NCBI GenBank assembly: GCA_002372275.1
Contig: DFFP01000009.1
Location: 5,833 to 69,832 of the forward strand
Direction: 5' to 3'
DNA from: Alphaproteobacteria bacterium UBA3773
Lineage (GTDB): Bacteria > Pseudomonadota > Alphaproteobacteria > RF32 > CAG-239
DNA length: 64,000 bases
The notes below the pieces were generated by a model, which saw only the letters and a program-made list of their open reading frames with translations, did not search any database and was not told the origin of the DNA. Each line of letters begins with the position of its first letter. The first letter of the stretch is position 1. Positions 34,846 to 44,945 of the stretch are shown one piece after another. The translations under genes were made by a program, and so were the position numbers.

Positions 34846-36117
34846 ATGCATATCATCGGGATTGAAAGCAAAATGACAGGCACGGATAATCAGATGCGCG
34901 GGGTTGTGGTACAGGGCGCAAAATTGCTCAAAAAAGGTGAAAAAGTACCTGTATCACGTGAGGCTTTGTTAAAAGCACCTGACGGCACAACTTTACACCC
35001 GAAAAATTTTTCTTCCCTATCTGATTTTAAAAAAGCCGTTGAGGTGCGTGTTGATGCTTATTTAAAAGAAAACAAAGCACCGGATTTTGTAGTTTTACCT
35101 TTTGACCAGTCTAAAAATAAAGAAGAAAACGAGGATGTAGACCTACTCTCTTTTGTTGTTAAAAAGGCTTTCAAAGCACGCGGCTATAAAGTTAAAACAA
35201 TGGTTTTGTTAAGTAACCTTTATGATTATAAAAATGTTGATTTAATCAATGTGGGTAAACATCAGCTCTCTGATTTGGATGAGGCTGTTTTGAAATCAAA
35301 TTTAAAGCTTAAATCCAGAGTGGTGGAAACACTGGGTGCCGCGAGTAATATTAATTGGAAAGCAATTCGAAATCTTGCTCATCAGCCGAACGCCGAGAAA
35401 GTCTTGGCAAAATATCGGTCTTCCAAAAAAGTTTCGGCTGAAAAGCCTCTTTTGGAAAAAGGTGTGGAAAGAAGCAAAAAAACAGTGTTGTTTTCTGTTG
35501 GGGGAATGACGAGTGATGGTGCCATCGATTTTGATATAAAAGATGCTGCCAAACTCATTAAGGCGGCACGCAAATTGCAGAAAAGGGGCTATAATGTTAT
35601 TTTCACGAACTCTCCGCGTACGCCTTCTGATGTGACCGATTATTTGTTTGAAAGGTGCAAACTCTATCGTATGGAATTTTTTAATTCCAAAAAAATTGCC
35701 CAAAATGATGAGGAGGCGAAAAATTTCCGCAATTACAGCGGAAAATATAAAAAGGAATTTGAAAAACAAGCAAAAAATATCGGTAATATTTATCCGGCCG
35801 CTTTGGATGTGTGTGAATTTGTGGTCAACACGCATGACAGTTTTTCATATACTTCGGATGTGGCGGCCTTGGGGATTGTGAGCGTTGTTTATACAGGAAA
35901 TTTTATAGATAAAAAAAGGCGTCCTGACTGTTATAAGCTCTTTGATTTATGCCACGAGAAAGGATATGTGATTTCGCTTGATGAAGCAATGGAAAGGATT
36001 GAACGCGGTGAAGAGATAAAAACAAAAAAGATGGACGATGTTTCAACCCAGCTTGTGGCGGCAATGACAAAATCTTTGGGCCTTGAACGCCAAAATGCAA
36101 ACGGTGTTTGCAGATAA
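34846..36117 (+). CDS. ELM1/DUF1022-like protein, second paralog with an N-terminal extension
   Basis: VLFSVGGMTSDGAIDF...YNVIFTNSPRTPSDV parallels ALIVGGSVKGRPF...SLLITTSRRTGSD of 24773..25741. Confidence 0.45.
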   Translation: MHIIGIESKMTGTDNQMRGVVVQGAKLLKKGEKVPVSREALLKAPDGTTLHPKNFSSLSDFKKAVEVRVDAYLKENKAPDFVVLPFDQSKNKEENEDVDLLSFVVKKAFKARGYKVKTMVLLSNLYDYKNVDLINVGKHQLSDLDEAVLKSNLKLKSRVVETLGAASNINWKAIRNLAHQPNAEKVLAKYRSSKKVSAEKPLLEKGVERSKKTVLFSVGGMTSDGAIDFDIKDAAKLIKAARKLQKRGYNVIFTNSPRTPSDVTDYLFERCKLYRMEFFNSKKIAQNDEEAKNFRNYSGKYKKEFEKQAKNIGNIYPAALDVCEFVVNTHDSFSYTSDVAALGIVSVVYTGNFIDKKRRPDCYKLFDLCHEKGYVISLDEAMERIERGEEIKTKKMDDVSTQLVAAMTKSLGLERQNANGVCR

Positions 36118-36187
36118 AAGAGTTTAAAAAATTATATATGTTTTGAACGAAACACTACCGGCTCACGCCGGTAGTGTTTCATTTCTC

Positions 36188-37945
36188 TTACAAGAGTTTT
36201 TCGATGTCTTCAATGATTAAAGGCGTTGTGAGGCGAAGCTCTTCAAGTAAATGCTGTGGGTTATAGCGGTCATAAAATTCTTTTTTGAGGCCGTAGTTTT
36301 TAACTTTCATCTTTGAAGAACTGTAAAACGCCGCGATTTTTTGCCCGAAACCGCCATCTAACACGCCGTCTTCAAGGGTGATGACGATGTCATGATTTTT
36401 TTGTAAATTCTTAAGCATTTTTTCATCTACCCCGTTTGCAAAACGCGGATTAATCAGCGTTGGCGTAAAGCCGAATTTTTTCTGAACGGCTTGAGCCAAT
36501 TCTTCGCCTTTTTGATAAAAATCACCGAGGGCTAAGATGGCGATTTTTTCGCCTTGTTGTTCTATTTTGAAAGTGTTGATAGCGCTGAAATCTTGATCGG
36601 CATCGCGTGATGTGACGGCATTTCCGGGCATTAAAATCATCACCGGGTGCTCTTTTTGTTCAATCGACCATTCAAGCATATTTAAGTATTCTTCTTTAGA
36701 GGTTGGCGCTAAAATCACTAAATTCGGGATATTTGAAAACGCAGACAAAGCAAAAATACCCAAGTGCGTGACATCCGTTAAACTGTCAAATGAAGCAAAA
36801 TTGAGTAAAATTGTGACCGGCGTGTTGTTGATACAAACGTCTTGCGAGATTTGGTCATAAGTGCGCTGAATAAAGGTGGAAGCCGTTCCGAGAAGCGGTT
36901 TTGCACCGGCTTTGGCAATACCGGAAGCAAAGGCAACCGCGTGTTCTTCGGCAATACCTGTATCCACATATTGTGCGCCCATGCCGGCACGCAATTCGGG
37001 CGATAAAGCAAAAATGTTCGGCATGGCGGGCGTAATAAACACAAAATCTTTATCTGACTTTGCTTTGTTTAGGATATATTCAGCTGTAAGCGACGGATAA
37101 CTCTCAAGAGGAAATCTGCCTTTTGAGATGCCTGTTTTTCTATCAAACGGCATGCACCAGTGCCAGGCTTCTTTGTTTTCTTCGGCTATTTTGTAACCTT
37201 TGCCTTTTTTTGTGTTGATATGAACAACAATCGGGTGATCAATGTCTTTAACTTTTTGAAGGACCTTAATCATCGCTTCAATGTCGTTGCCGTTTTCTTC
37301 ATAAATATAGTCAAGCCCGAATGCTTTGAAAATATTGTTTTTTGCTTCACCCTTGCTTTCGCGAAGCTCGTTTAAGTTCTGATAGAGCCCGCCGTGAACT
37401 TCGGCAATAGACTGTTGATTGTCGTTTATAATAATGATGAAATTTGACTTGATTTCAGAGCCTGCAAAATCAAGCGCTTCCAATGCTTCGCCACCGCTCA
37501 GCGATCCGTCCCCGATTAGGGCTATAACATTATATTTTTCTTTTTTCAAATCACGCGCTTTGACCAAACCGGATGCCAGTGAAACAGAAGTTGAGGTATG
37601 GCCGATGTTAAACAAATCATGTTCACTCTCAAGAGGGTTCGTGTAGCCGGAATCTTCGGCAAAACAAGCATCATCGATATAGCCTTGTTTGCGCCCCGTC
37701 AACATTTTGTGCGTATAGCTTTGGTGTGAAACGTCAAATACAAATTTGTCTTTCGGGCTGTCAAAAACATAGTGCATGGCAATTGTGGCCTCGACAATTC
37801 CGAAATTCGGCCCAAAATGTCCGCCGATTTTGGTCAATCTGTTAAAAAGAGCTTCGCGGATGTCAGAGGCTAAGATGTTTAATTGATCAATATTTAATTT
37901 TTTGACATCTGCGGGAGAATTGATTGTTTTTAAAATATCGTACAT
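36188..37945 (-). CDS. 1-deoxy-D-xylulose-5-phosphate synthase-like transketolase
   Basis: GHFGPNFG, VSHQSYTHKMLTGR, GHTSTSVS, LIGDGSLSGGEALEAL and IINDNQQSI are collinear with DXS. It is 585 aa, shorter than canonical DXS. The N-terminus resembles Firmicutes-type DXS more than alphaproteobacterial DXS. Confidence 0.7.
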   Translation of the reverse strand: MYDILKTINSPADVKKLNIDQLNILASDIREALFNRLTKIGGHFGPNFGIVEATIAMHYVFDSPKDKFVFDVSHQSYTHKMLTGRKQGYIDDACFAEDSGYTNPLESEHDLFNIGHTSTSVSLASGLVKARDLKKEKYNVIALIGDGSLSGGEALEALDFAGSEIKSNFIIIINDNQQSIAEVHGGLYQNLNELRESKGEAKNNIFKAFGLDYIYEENGNDIEAMIKVLQKVKDIDHPIVVHINTKKGKGYKIAEENKEAWHWCMPFDRKTGISKGRFPLESYPSLTAEYILNKAKSDKDFVFITPAMPNIFALSPELRAGMGAQYVDTGIAEEHAVAFASGIAKAGAKPLLGTASTFIQRTYDQISQDVCINNTPVTILLNFASFDSLTDVTHLGIFALSAFSNIPNLVILAPTSKEEYLNMLEWSIEQKEHPVMILMPGNAVTSRDADQDFSAINTFKIEQQGEKIAILALGDFYQKGEELAQAVQKKFGFTPTLINPRFANGVDEKMLKNLQKNHDIVITLEDGVLDGGFGQKIAAFYSSSKMKVKNYGLKKEFYDRYNPQHLLEELRLTTPLIIEDIEKLL

Positions 37946-38051
37946 GTTTTTCCTTTCATTTTATTTTTTTTAAATAAGGCGATATGTTTGCCGAGCTCAA
38001 CGCTTTTTGCAAATGCTCTAGAAATTGCTCGTCTTTGATGGTCGGTGTGTA

Positions 38052-38564
38052 TTACAGGTTTTGGGCAAATTCTCTGATTTCATTTAACTTGGCCTCCGAT
38101 CCGTTTTCACGACCGGCTGCCGTTATCACACCTTTATCTTCAAGGCCCATATAGCTCATGATGTCACGATAAATCGAAATGGCACCGGTATAAACACCGC
38201 GCGAGGCCGAGCTCAAAAGCAAGGCAGCCTTGGTGGCTTTTGTGGGTTTTCCGATAGCATAAATTCTTTGCATGACAGCTGTGAGTTGTGCCGAAAGGTT
38301 AAAATAATAAATAGGCGACGCATAAACAATCATGTCCGCAGTTAAATAGGCCGGCATGACTTTGGTCATATCATCTTTTTGAATGCATTGACCGTTTCCT
38401 TTGTTGTGGCAGTATTCACAAGCCAGACAACCTGCAATTTTCATTTTACCGACGTGCAAAACTTCAACTTCATGTCCGGCTTTTGTGGCGCCCTCAACAA
38501 AAGCTTTGACCATGGCTGTGGTATTCATGTTTCGCGGACTGCCGTTTAAAATTGCAATTTTCAT
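38052..38564 (-). CDS. Flavodoxin-like fold NAD(P)H-dependent FMN reductase or iron-sulfur flavoprotein
   Basis: MKIAILNGSPR N-terminus. CLACEYC cysteine cluster. Confidence 0.6.
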   Translation of the reverse strand: MKIAILNGSPRNMNTTAMVKAFVEGATKAGHEVEVLHVGKMKIAGCLACEYCHNKGNGQCIQKDDMTKVMPAYLTADMIVYASPIYYFNLSAQLTAVMQRIYAIGKPTKATKAALLLSSASRGVYTGAISIYRDIMSYMGLEDKGVITAAGRENGSEAKLNEIREFAQNL

Positions 38565-38713
38565 ATTATTTTCCTTTTTTATTTTAATGATATATAAGCT
38601 TATTTTTCTTATATTTTTTTAACAATATAAGCCATTCGTGTCAATGTTTTTGTGAAGATTTTTGTTTTAGAGCTTATCGGTCGGAAAAAAACTTAATTGA
38701 AGTTTAAAATTTT

Positions 38714-39487
38714 TTATTTTTCGTTCCATATTTTAGGGTAAATATCTTGCCAATTTTTGTTATGTGTGGCATTTTTTAGTTTATAAATTAATCGATCGTT
38801 TTGAAGAAATTTTTCGGTCAGTTCATAAGGAACAACCTCATCTTTTTGGCCGACATAGTGCATTTGAGGAATTTTGATAAATTGAGAATAATAATTTTGT
38901 AAATTCATTGAATCTTTTAAGCTTGGCAGATGATGATAGTTTGTCCATGACCTGTGGTCGAGATTGCCGGCAATAGTGATGAGTTTTTTAACGTTTAGAT
39001 CTTTTTTTGTAACAGCAACCAGTGAGGCTACCAAGGCGCCGCCTGAAAAACCGATTAAAATCACATCATTGTTGCCTGCAATACTTTTGATGGCTTCATA
39101 CGAACTTTCAATGACTTCAGGCGAAAAACGTGCGGTTGTCCAATATTTTTGTTCGCACATTTTGCTTTTTTGATATTGGCAAGGTCTGGCCAAATAAATA
39201 ACGTTTGCACTCGGATCCGAAAATGCAATCTCGCGCATCAAGACCCCTTTAGGCGTCGGGTCAGATGTCGGAAGGCCGTGTGCGTTGAAAGCATAACCGT
39301 CACCTTCAATATATATTTTATAGACGCTTTTTTCAGAGGTTATCTTTTGAAAAGATGTGAGGGTAAAATATTTCGTTTGAATATCGTAACGAGTATATGC
39401 CGTCGGCACCTGAACAGATGCGCAGGCACTGATTAAAAAAAATGTTAAAATGAAAATCATCTGTTTCATAGGGCAATCATATCGCAA
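38714..39487 (-). CDS. Lipoprotein alpha/beta hydrolase
   Basis: Lipobox LISAC. GFSGGA nucleophile elbow. Confidence 0.6.
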   Translation of the reverse strand: MRYDCPMKQMIFILTFFLISACASVQVPTAYTRYDIQTKYFTLTSFQKITSEKSVYKIYIEGDGYAFNAHGLPTSDPTPKGVLMREIAFSDPSANVIYLARPCQYQKSKMCEQKYWTTARFSPEVIESSYEAIKSIAGNNDVILIGFSGGALVASLVAVTKKDLNVKKLITIAGNLDHRSWTNYHHLPSLKDSMNLQNYYSQFIKIPQMHYVGQKDEVVPYELTEKFLQNDRLIYKLKNATHNKNWQDIYPKIWNEK

Positions 39488-39558
39488 AATTAAAAAAAAG
39501 AAACTTTATTTTTTTAAAATATTTTATATACTTTAGAAAAAAAATAAGGAGAAAAAAA

Positions 39559-39975
39559 TTGAAAAAAATTTTTTGTTTTGCCATTTTAAGTATTTTTTTA
39601 AGTTCTTCGGCTCAATCGCAGATGACGGATGCCCTTGGCGCACTTGCCATCGGCGGCGCGATGGGGGTGGGTGATATGCAAATGATCTCCAAAGGGCAGG
39701 GCGCGATGAATAATTTGCGCTTTCAAGAAGATTTAACGCGTTTGATGACGGATGCCCAACTTTATGGTGCCGGCCAAAGCACCTCGTTTGACGGTTTTAG
39801 GGGGCTTGATTGGAACATTTCAAGCGAGGGCTCTGAAACGGTTCTTGAATTTAATCATTTAAATGCGGCACTTTGTTTGATTTGCAAACAAAATGAGCCG
39901 GCCGTGAACCGCATTGAAATCAACGGCGGAAGTGCGTGTGGGGCAGAAGATAATCACGTTAAAATATATTTTTAA
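39559..39975 (+). CDS. Secreted hypothetical protein (138 aa)
   Basis: Signal peptide. Gly/Ala-rich. Confidence 0.4.
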   Translation: MKKIFCFAILSIFLSSSAQSQMTDALGALAIGGAMGVGDMQMISKGQGAMNNLRFQEDLTRLMTDAQLYGAGQSTSFDGFRGLDWNISSEGSETVLEFNHLNAALCLICKQNEPAVNRIEINGGSACGAEDNHVKIYF

Positions 39976-40039
39976 GTTTTGCGCACCACATAAAAAAACC
40001 GCCCGTAAAAACGGACGGTTTTTTTTTAAGATTTAAATC

Positions 40040-41725
40040 TTAGTTTGCTTTTTTCAAAGCTTCGCCTAAAGCATCACCGAGTGAAGTGTTGGCATTGTCA
40101 GAATTAGAGTATTCTTCCAAAGCTTTTTTCTCTTCGTCGATTTCAAAGGCTTTGACTGAAACACCGAGTTTGCCGTTTTTCTTATCGACAGATGTCAATT
40201 TGGCCTCTAAAACATCACCTTCGTGATAATTTTCAGGGTTTTGACCTTCTTTGTCTTTCGAAAGATCGGCTTTTTTGATGACAGCCGGAATACCTTCAAC
40301 TTCAACGTTGACACCTTTGTCATCAATAGAGGTGACAATAGCTTTGACAACATCACCTTTTTTGAGGTTTTCAAGTGCTAAAGCAGCATTGTTTTCATCA
40401 AGTTGTTTGATGCCTAAACTGATGCGTTCTTTATCAACATCAACATCAATGATTTTAGCTTTAATGACTTGACCTTTTTCATAATTTTTAACAGCCTCTT
40501 CGCCGGCAACACCCCATGCAATGTCTGAAAGGTGAATCATACCGTCGATTTCATCTGTTAAGCCAATGAACAAACCGAATTCTGTGATGTTTTTGATTGT
40601 TCCTTCAATAACAGAACCTGCCGGATGTTCTTCAATGTAGGCAGCCCAAGGATTGGGTTGGCATTGTTTGATACCAAGGCTGATTCTTCTCTTTTCGGGA
40701 TCAACTTCCAAAATTTTGACTTCAACTTCTTCAGAGGTTGAAACAATTTTGCCCGGGTGAACGTTTTTGCGTGTCCAGCTCATTTCAGAAACGTGGACTA
40801 AACCTTCAACACCGTCTTCGAGTTCAACAAATGCACCATAATCGGTGATGTTGGTGACAATACCTTTGACAACATCACCAACGTGATATTTTTCTGTCAC
40901 GGCTTCCCAAGGATCATTTTCAAGTTGTTTCATACCCAAGCTGATACGTTGTGTATCTTCGTTGAATTTAATAACTTGAACTTTAATGGTTTGTCCGACA
41001 GACAAAACTTCAGACGGGTGATTGATACGTTTCCAAGAAATGTCGGTCACGTGTAACAATCCGTCAACACCGCCTAAATCAATGAATGCACCGTAATCTG
41101 TGATGTTTTTAACAATACCGTCTAAAACAGCACCTTCTTTGATGGCACCAATGAGTTCGCTTCTGGCTTCAGCTCTGGTTTCTTCCAAAACAACGCGGCG
41201 AGAAACAACGATGTTGCCTCTTTCACGATCCATTTTCAAAATTTGGAACGGTTGAGAAATACCCATTAAAGGTGAAATGTCTTTAATCGGGCGAATATCA
41301 ATTTGTGAACCGGGCAAGAAAGCAATAGCGCCTTGCAGGTCAACCGTAAAGCCGCCTTTAACACGGCCGAAAATAATACCGTTGACGCGTTCGCCGGCAT
41401 TCATGGATTTTTCAAGTTCAACCCATGCTTCTTCTCTGCGTGCTTTTTCACGTGAAAGAACAATGTTGCCTTCTCTGTCTTCATAGCGATCGACCATGAC
41501 TTCAACTTTATCGCCGACTTTGAGTTCCGGATTTTGACCGAATTCACGAAGCGGAATGCGACCTTCGGATTTCAAACCGACATCAACTGTGACATAGTCA
41601 TCTGTTAAACGTACAACGGTTCCTTTAACAACACGACCGACTAAACCTTGATCACCGAATTGTTCGTTCAAGAGTTCTTCAAAATTTTCTGTTGTTTCGG
41701 GAATTTTAAATTCTGTATTTGTCAT
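40040..41725 (-). CDS. rpsA: 30S ribosomal protein S1
   Basis: Six S1 repeats. 561 aa. Confidence 0.95.
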   Translation of the reverse strand: MTNTEFKIPETTENFEELLNEQFGDQGLVGRVVKGTVVRLTDDYVTVDVGLKSEGRIPLREFGQNPELKVGDKVEVMVDRYEDREGNIVLSREKARREEAWVELEKSMNAGERVNGIIFGRVKGGFTVDLQGAIAFLPGSQIDIRPIKDISPLMGISQPFQILKMDRERGNIVVSRRVVLEETRAEARSELIGAIKEGAVLDGIVKNITDYGAFIDLGGVDGLLHVTDISWKRINHPSEVLSVGQTIKVQVIKFNEDTQRISLGMKQLENDPWEAVTEKYHVGDVVKGIVTNITDYGAFVELEDGVEGLVHVSEMSWTRKNVHPGKIVSTSEEVEVKILEVDPEKRRISLGIKQCQPNPWAAYIEEHPAGSVIEGTIKNITEFGLFIGLTDEIDGMIHLSDIAWGVAGEEAVKNYEKGQVIKAKIIDVDVDKERISLGIKQLDENNAALALENLKKGDVVKAIVTSIDDKGVNVEVEGIPAVIKKADLSKDKEGQNPENYHEGDVLEAKLTSVDKKNGKLGVSVKAFEIDEEKKALEEYSNSDNANTSLGDALGEALKKAN

Positions 41726-41886
41726 AAAAAATATATTTCAAAAAAATGCCAGACCTTAATAGATAAGCGGACTTGTGCGTGTGAAAAAACTTTTAAAAAA
41801 CCGCACCGTTTGATTAAAAGATGCGTTCTTTATACACGAAAAATTTAATTTTTCAAGCTTTTTATGATTGAAAGATCATAAATTTT

Positions 41887-42627
41887 TCAGTATGTGACTT
41901 TTGCAAAATAAAGCCCGCATGCCGGTGCCGTGACGCCGGCCTCGGCGCGTTTTTTGAGTTTTAAGATTTTTTCAACGTCTTGCGGGGTTAAATGTCCGTC
42001 GCCGACCATTTTTAAGGTGCCGACCATATTTCGAACCTGATGATATAAAAACGATTTGGCTTCCGTTTTAAAAATTATTTCATCACCCTCTTTTGTGATC
42101 TCGAGCTTGTCGAGCGTTTTTAAGGGAGATTTTGCTTGGCAACCTGCCCCTCGAAAAGAGCTGAAATCGTGATAGCCGATGAGGTATTTTGCGCCCTCGA
42201 TCATTTTTTGAACATCTAAAGGGTAGTTCACATGCCATACTCTGTTTTCCAGCAAAACAGAAGGGGCACGACGGTTTAAAATGCGGTAGATATAACTTCG
42301 TTTTAAGGCCGAAAAACGTGCGTTAAAATCAGGGCTGACCTGCTCGACCTCAATCACATTGACGGGGGCATTTTTTTCTCTGAGTTTGGCGTTAAAGGCC
42401 TCTCTGATATGGTATAAATCCATATTCAAGGTCGCATCAAAGTGCGCCACCTGCGCAAGCGCATGCACGCCGGCATCCGTTCGGCCGGCAGCCGTCATCA
42501 AGGCCTTTTGGTGCGAAAAAGCAAAAAGTGCTTCTTCTAAATCTTGCTGAACACTTTCACCCACCTCTTGACGCTGCCAACCGACGAGATTTGTGCCGTC
42601 GTATTCTATGTTAATTTTGTATCGCAT
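41887..42627 (-). CDS. truA: tRNA pseudouridine(38-40) synthase TruA
   Basis: MRYKINIEYDGTNLVGWQRQ N-terminus, with the catalytic Asp and RTDAGVHA. Start placed at the ATG at 42627. Confidence 0.85.
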   Translation of the reverse strand: MRYKINIEYDGTNLVGWQRQEVGESVQQDLEEALFAFSHQKALMTAAGRTDAGVHALAQVAHFDATLNMDLYHIREAFNAKLREKNAPVNVIEVEQVSPDFNARFSALKRSYIYRILNRRAPSVLLENRVWHVNYPLDVQKMIEGAKYLIGYHDFSSFRGAGCQAKSPLKTLDKLEITKEGDEIIFKTEAKSFLYHQVRNMVGTLKMVGDGHLTPQDVEKILKLKKRAEAGVTAPACGLYFAKVTY

Positions 42628-42917
42628 TTTCTTTATTCTAAATTTTAATGTATCATTGATAATTGATATTTGGCAAAAAAGCAAGAAGATATCCAAAAAA
42701 ACTTGACTGATTTGTAAAAAAATATTATACTGAAATCAATAAAAAGTATTTATGTTAATTGTTTGGTTTATTAGTAGTCTGTTTTTTGGGTTTTCTCAAA
42801 GAAGAGCTGGTATGTGCTAAATGATTGATTTTAATATAACATCCTTGTCCTGGATGATAATTTATTTAGCTCATACAAAGGACAATTGTATGAGTACACC
42901 TTATTAAATTTTTTTTT

Positions 42918-43166
42918 ATGGAAGCTGTAATTTTTTACGTTGTCTATTTTGCTCTGTTGTGTCTTGGTTATTGCTTAGTAAGTAAAACATATAAGATCAA
43001 ACAGAACTGGTTGAGAAGCACTCTTCGGATTATAGGTATAATTATAAACATAATTTGCTACATCTTTGCATTTTATTTTATGATAGAACCTGATGGTTGT
43101 TATTCCTGCATGATGAGTGGTTTTATTTTGTTTGGTATGACTTTCTTGTATGGAAGCATGGTATAA
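42918..43166 (+). CDS. Small membrane protein (82 aa, 2 transmembrane segments) inside a 619-bp insertion
   Basis: Hydrophobic ORF followed by its own terminator at about 43190..43240. Confidence 0.4.
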   Translation: MEAVIFYVVYFALLCLGYCLVSKTYKIKQNWLRSTLRIIGIIINIICYIFAFYFMIEPDGCYSCMMSGFILFGMTFLYGSMV

Positions 43167-43246
43167 GCAGAATAATTTTACCCAACGAACTAAAAAATAA
43201 CCCTCGATAGCTTAAAACTATCAGGGGTTATTTTTTTTAGTTATTT

Positions 43247-43296
43247 TCAACCGACGAGATTTGTGCCGTCATATTCAATCGTTAGCTTAAAACGTG
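43247..43296 (-). pseudogene. Displaced duplicate of the truA 5' end (start codon plus 16 codons)
   Basis: Minus-strand atgacacgttttaagctaacgattgaatatgacggcacaaatctcgtcggttg translates to MTRFKLTIEYDGTNLVG, matching MRYKINIEYDGTNLVG of the intact truA. The DNA is about 94% identical over 33 bp. Confidence 0.7.
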
Positions 43297-43326
43297 TCAT
43301 ATGATATGAAAACCGTGAGAAAAGTT

Positions 43327-44340
43327 TTAAGCGGCCTTAACAAAAGATTGTGCCGAGCCTAAAAACCCGAGTTTACGCTCGATTTCCCAAATGACTTTTA
43401 AGGCCTCTAACGCGCGCTCACCCGTGACGCGTGGTGTGGTCCTGCCGCAGACGCAATCAATAAAGTGTTTTTGTTCTGAAAACAGAGGTTGAGCCGAGGG
43501 GATGAATAAGTCTTCGGATGTGCCTTTCAGGCCATAGTTCATCCATTCGGGCAAGTTTTCTTTGTTGACGTAGTTAGATCTGCCTTGCCAACAAACTTTA
43601 ATGCTTTGATTGATGAAATCCATATCCATATAGTTTTCATCTGTGGTGACGGTTAGGGTGCGAACGCGCGATTGTGTGATTCGGCTGGCCGTTAAGTTGG
43701 CGGTCACACCATTTTCAAACTGAAGAAGTGCTGAAATATAATCTTTGCCTTCGGGCTTATCAGCAGTTTTAACGGACATGGCTTCAACGTTAATGACTTT
43801 GGATTTAACAAGTGATTGAACCACTTCAACATCATGAATCATCAAATCCATTGCCACATCAACATCAGTAATTCTGCCGCTGGCCGCTGACATACGCTGG
43901 GTTGTGATTGAGCGGATTTTAGACGGATCATTCAAAATCTTGCTCATTTGTTCAACAGCCGGATTAAATTGTTCGATATGACCGACGAGCAAAACGGCAC
44001 CGCTCTTTTGAGCGGCATTAATCAATCTTTGGCACTCAATTTCTGTGGTGGCAAGCGGTTTTTCCATCAAACAATGAATGCCTTTATTTAAAAAGAATTC
44101 CCCCACATCCGCGTGCGTGACAGAGGTTGTCACAACGCTGACGGCATCAACATTTGAAGCCACTTCTTCAAGTGATGAAAAGGCTTTAATATGAAAAGTT
44201 TCAGCAGCACTTAAAGCAGCTTCCTTAATAACATCATAAACGCCGACGAGCTCAACACCCGGAACGGTTTGATATGTTTTGATGTGATTTTTTCCCATCA
44301 TACCTGCGCCGATAACGGCAACGCGAACATTATTTGTCAT
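43327..44340 (-). CDS. Gfo/Idh/MocA-family oxidoreductase
   Basis: N-terminal Rossmann motif VAVIGAGMMGKNH. 337 aa. Confidence 0.8.
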   Translation of the reverse strand: MTNNVRVAVIGAGMMGKNHIKTYQTVPGVELVGVYDVIKEAALSAAETFHIKAFSSLEEVASNVDAVSVVTTSVTHADVGEFFLNKGIHCLMEKPLATTEIECQRLINAAQKSGAVLLVGHIEQFNPAVEQMSKILNDPSKIRSITTQRMSAASGRITDVDVAMDLMIHDVEVVQSLVKSKVINVEAMSVKTADKPEGKDYISALLQFENGVTANLTASRITQSRVRTLTVTTDENYMDMDFINQSIKVCWQGRSNYVNKENLPEWMNYGLKGTSEDLFIPSAQPLFSEQKHFIDCVCGRTTPRVTGERALEALKVIWEIERKLGFLGSAQSFVKAA

Positions 44341-44516
44341 TTGATTAAAATTCCTTTTAAAATGTTATGAACTGGAGAGTTATATACCACTTTTTAAGAT
44401 TAGATGTGACTAAAAATATGTTACATTTTATTTCATGAAAAAATCCATAAAAATTTTTGCTCATTTATTTAAAATCAGTTTCATGCGGATTACATCGTTT
44501 TTGAAAGGAGAAAAAA

Positions 44517-44945
44517 ATGTCCATATTATCGCCGTTTTTATTTGTTGTTCTTGCTTCTGCCGAAGTTTCGGGCTCTGAAGTCACCATTGTCGGTTCGGCC
44601 TCAACGCCGAGCGGAAAAGAAATTAAAGAAGAAATGACTTTGCCCTCTGATGATACATATGCTCCGTTTCCAAACGTGGTCAAAGAAAGTCCAAGTGCGC
44701 CAACAAAGACACCGACCTTAAATGTGCAACATCAAAATGAACCCTTAAAAGAAGTGAACGAGTGGTCAGAGCAAAACCCCAAACCTTTTTCTATTTCGCC
44801 CCAAAAACAAGAAAACGAAATCGAAAATACACTTTATGAAGGTGGGGATCGCATTTATGATGTTCAATCTTATCCGATTAAGGACATTCAAACCATCACG
44901 GAGCCAAACATTGATCCGACAATTACAAATTATCCGGCATATTAA
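44517..44945 (+). CDS. Secreted hypothetical protein (Pro/Ser/Thr-rich)
   Basis: Signal peptide. Low complexity. Confidence 0.4.
   Translation: MSILSPFLFVVLASAEVSGSEVTIVGSASTPSGKEIKEEMTLPSDDTYAPFPNVVKESPSAPTKTPTLNVQHQNEPLKEVNEWSEQNPKPFSISPQKQENEIENTLYEGGDRIYDVQSYPIKDIQTITEPNIDPTITNYPAY

Noticed and set aside
36612-37646. Several short ORFs antisense to or inside the DXS-like gene (36612..36860, 36778..37044, 36876..37100, 37160..37375, 37419..37646)
   Set aside because: They are embedded in a long, well-supported coding region on the opposite strand or in another frame, with no motif support.
42918-43166. The 82-aa two-transmembrane ORF as a toxin of a toxin-antitoxin pair
   Set aside because: No partner gene or antisense RNA signature was seen. 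The call rests on hydrophobicity alone, so it is kept as a hypothetical membrane protein.
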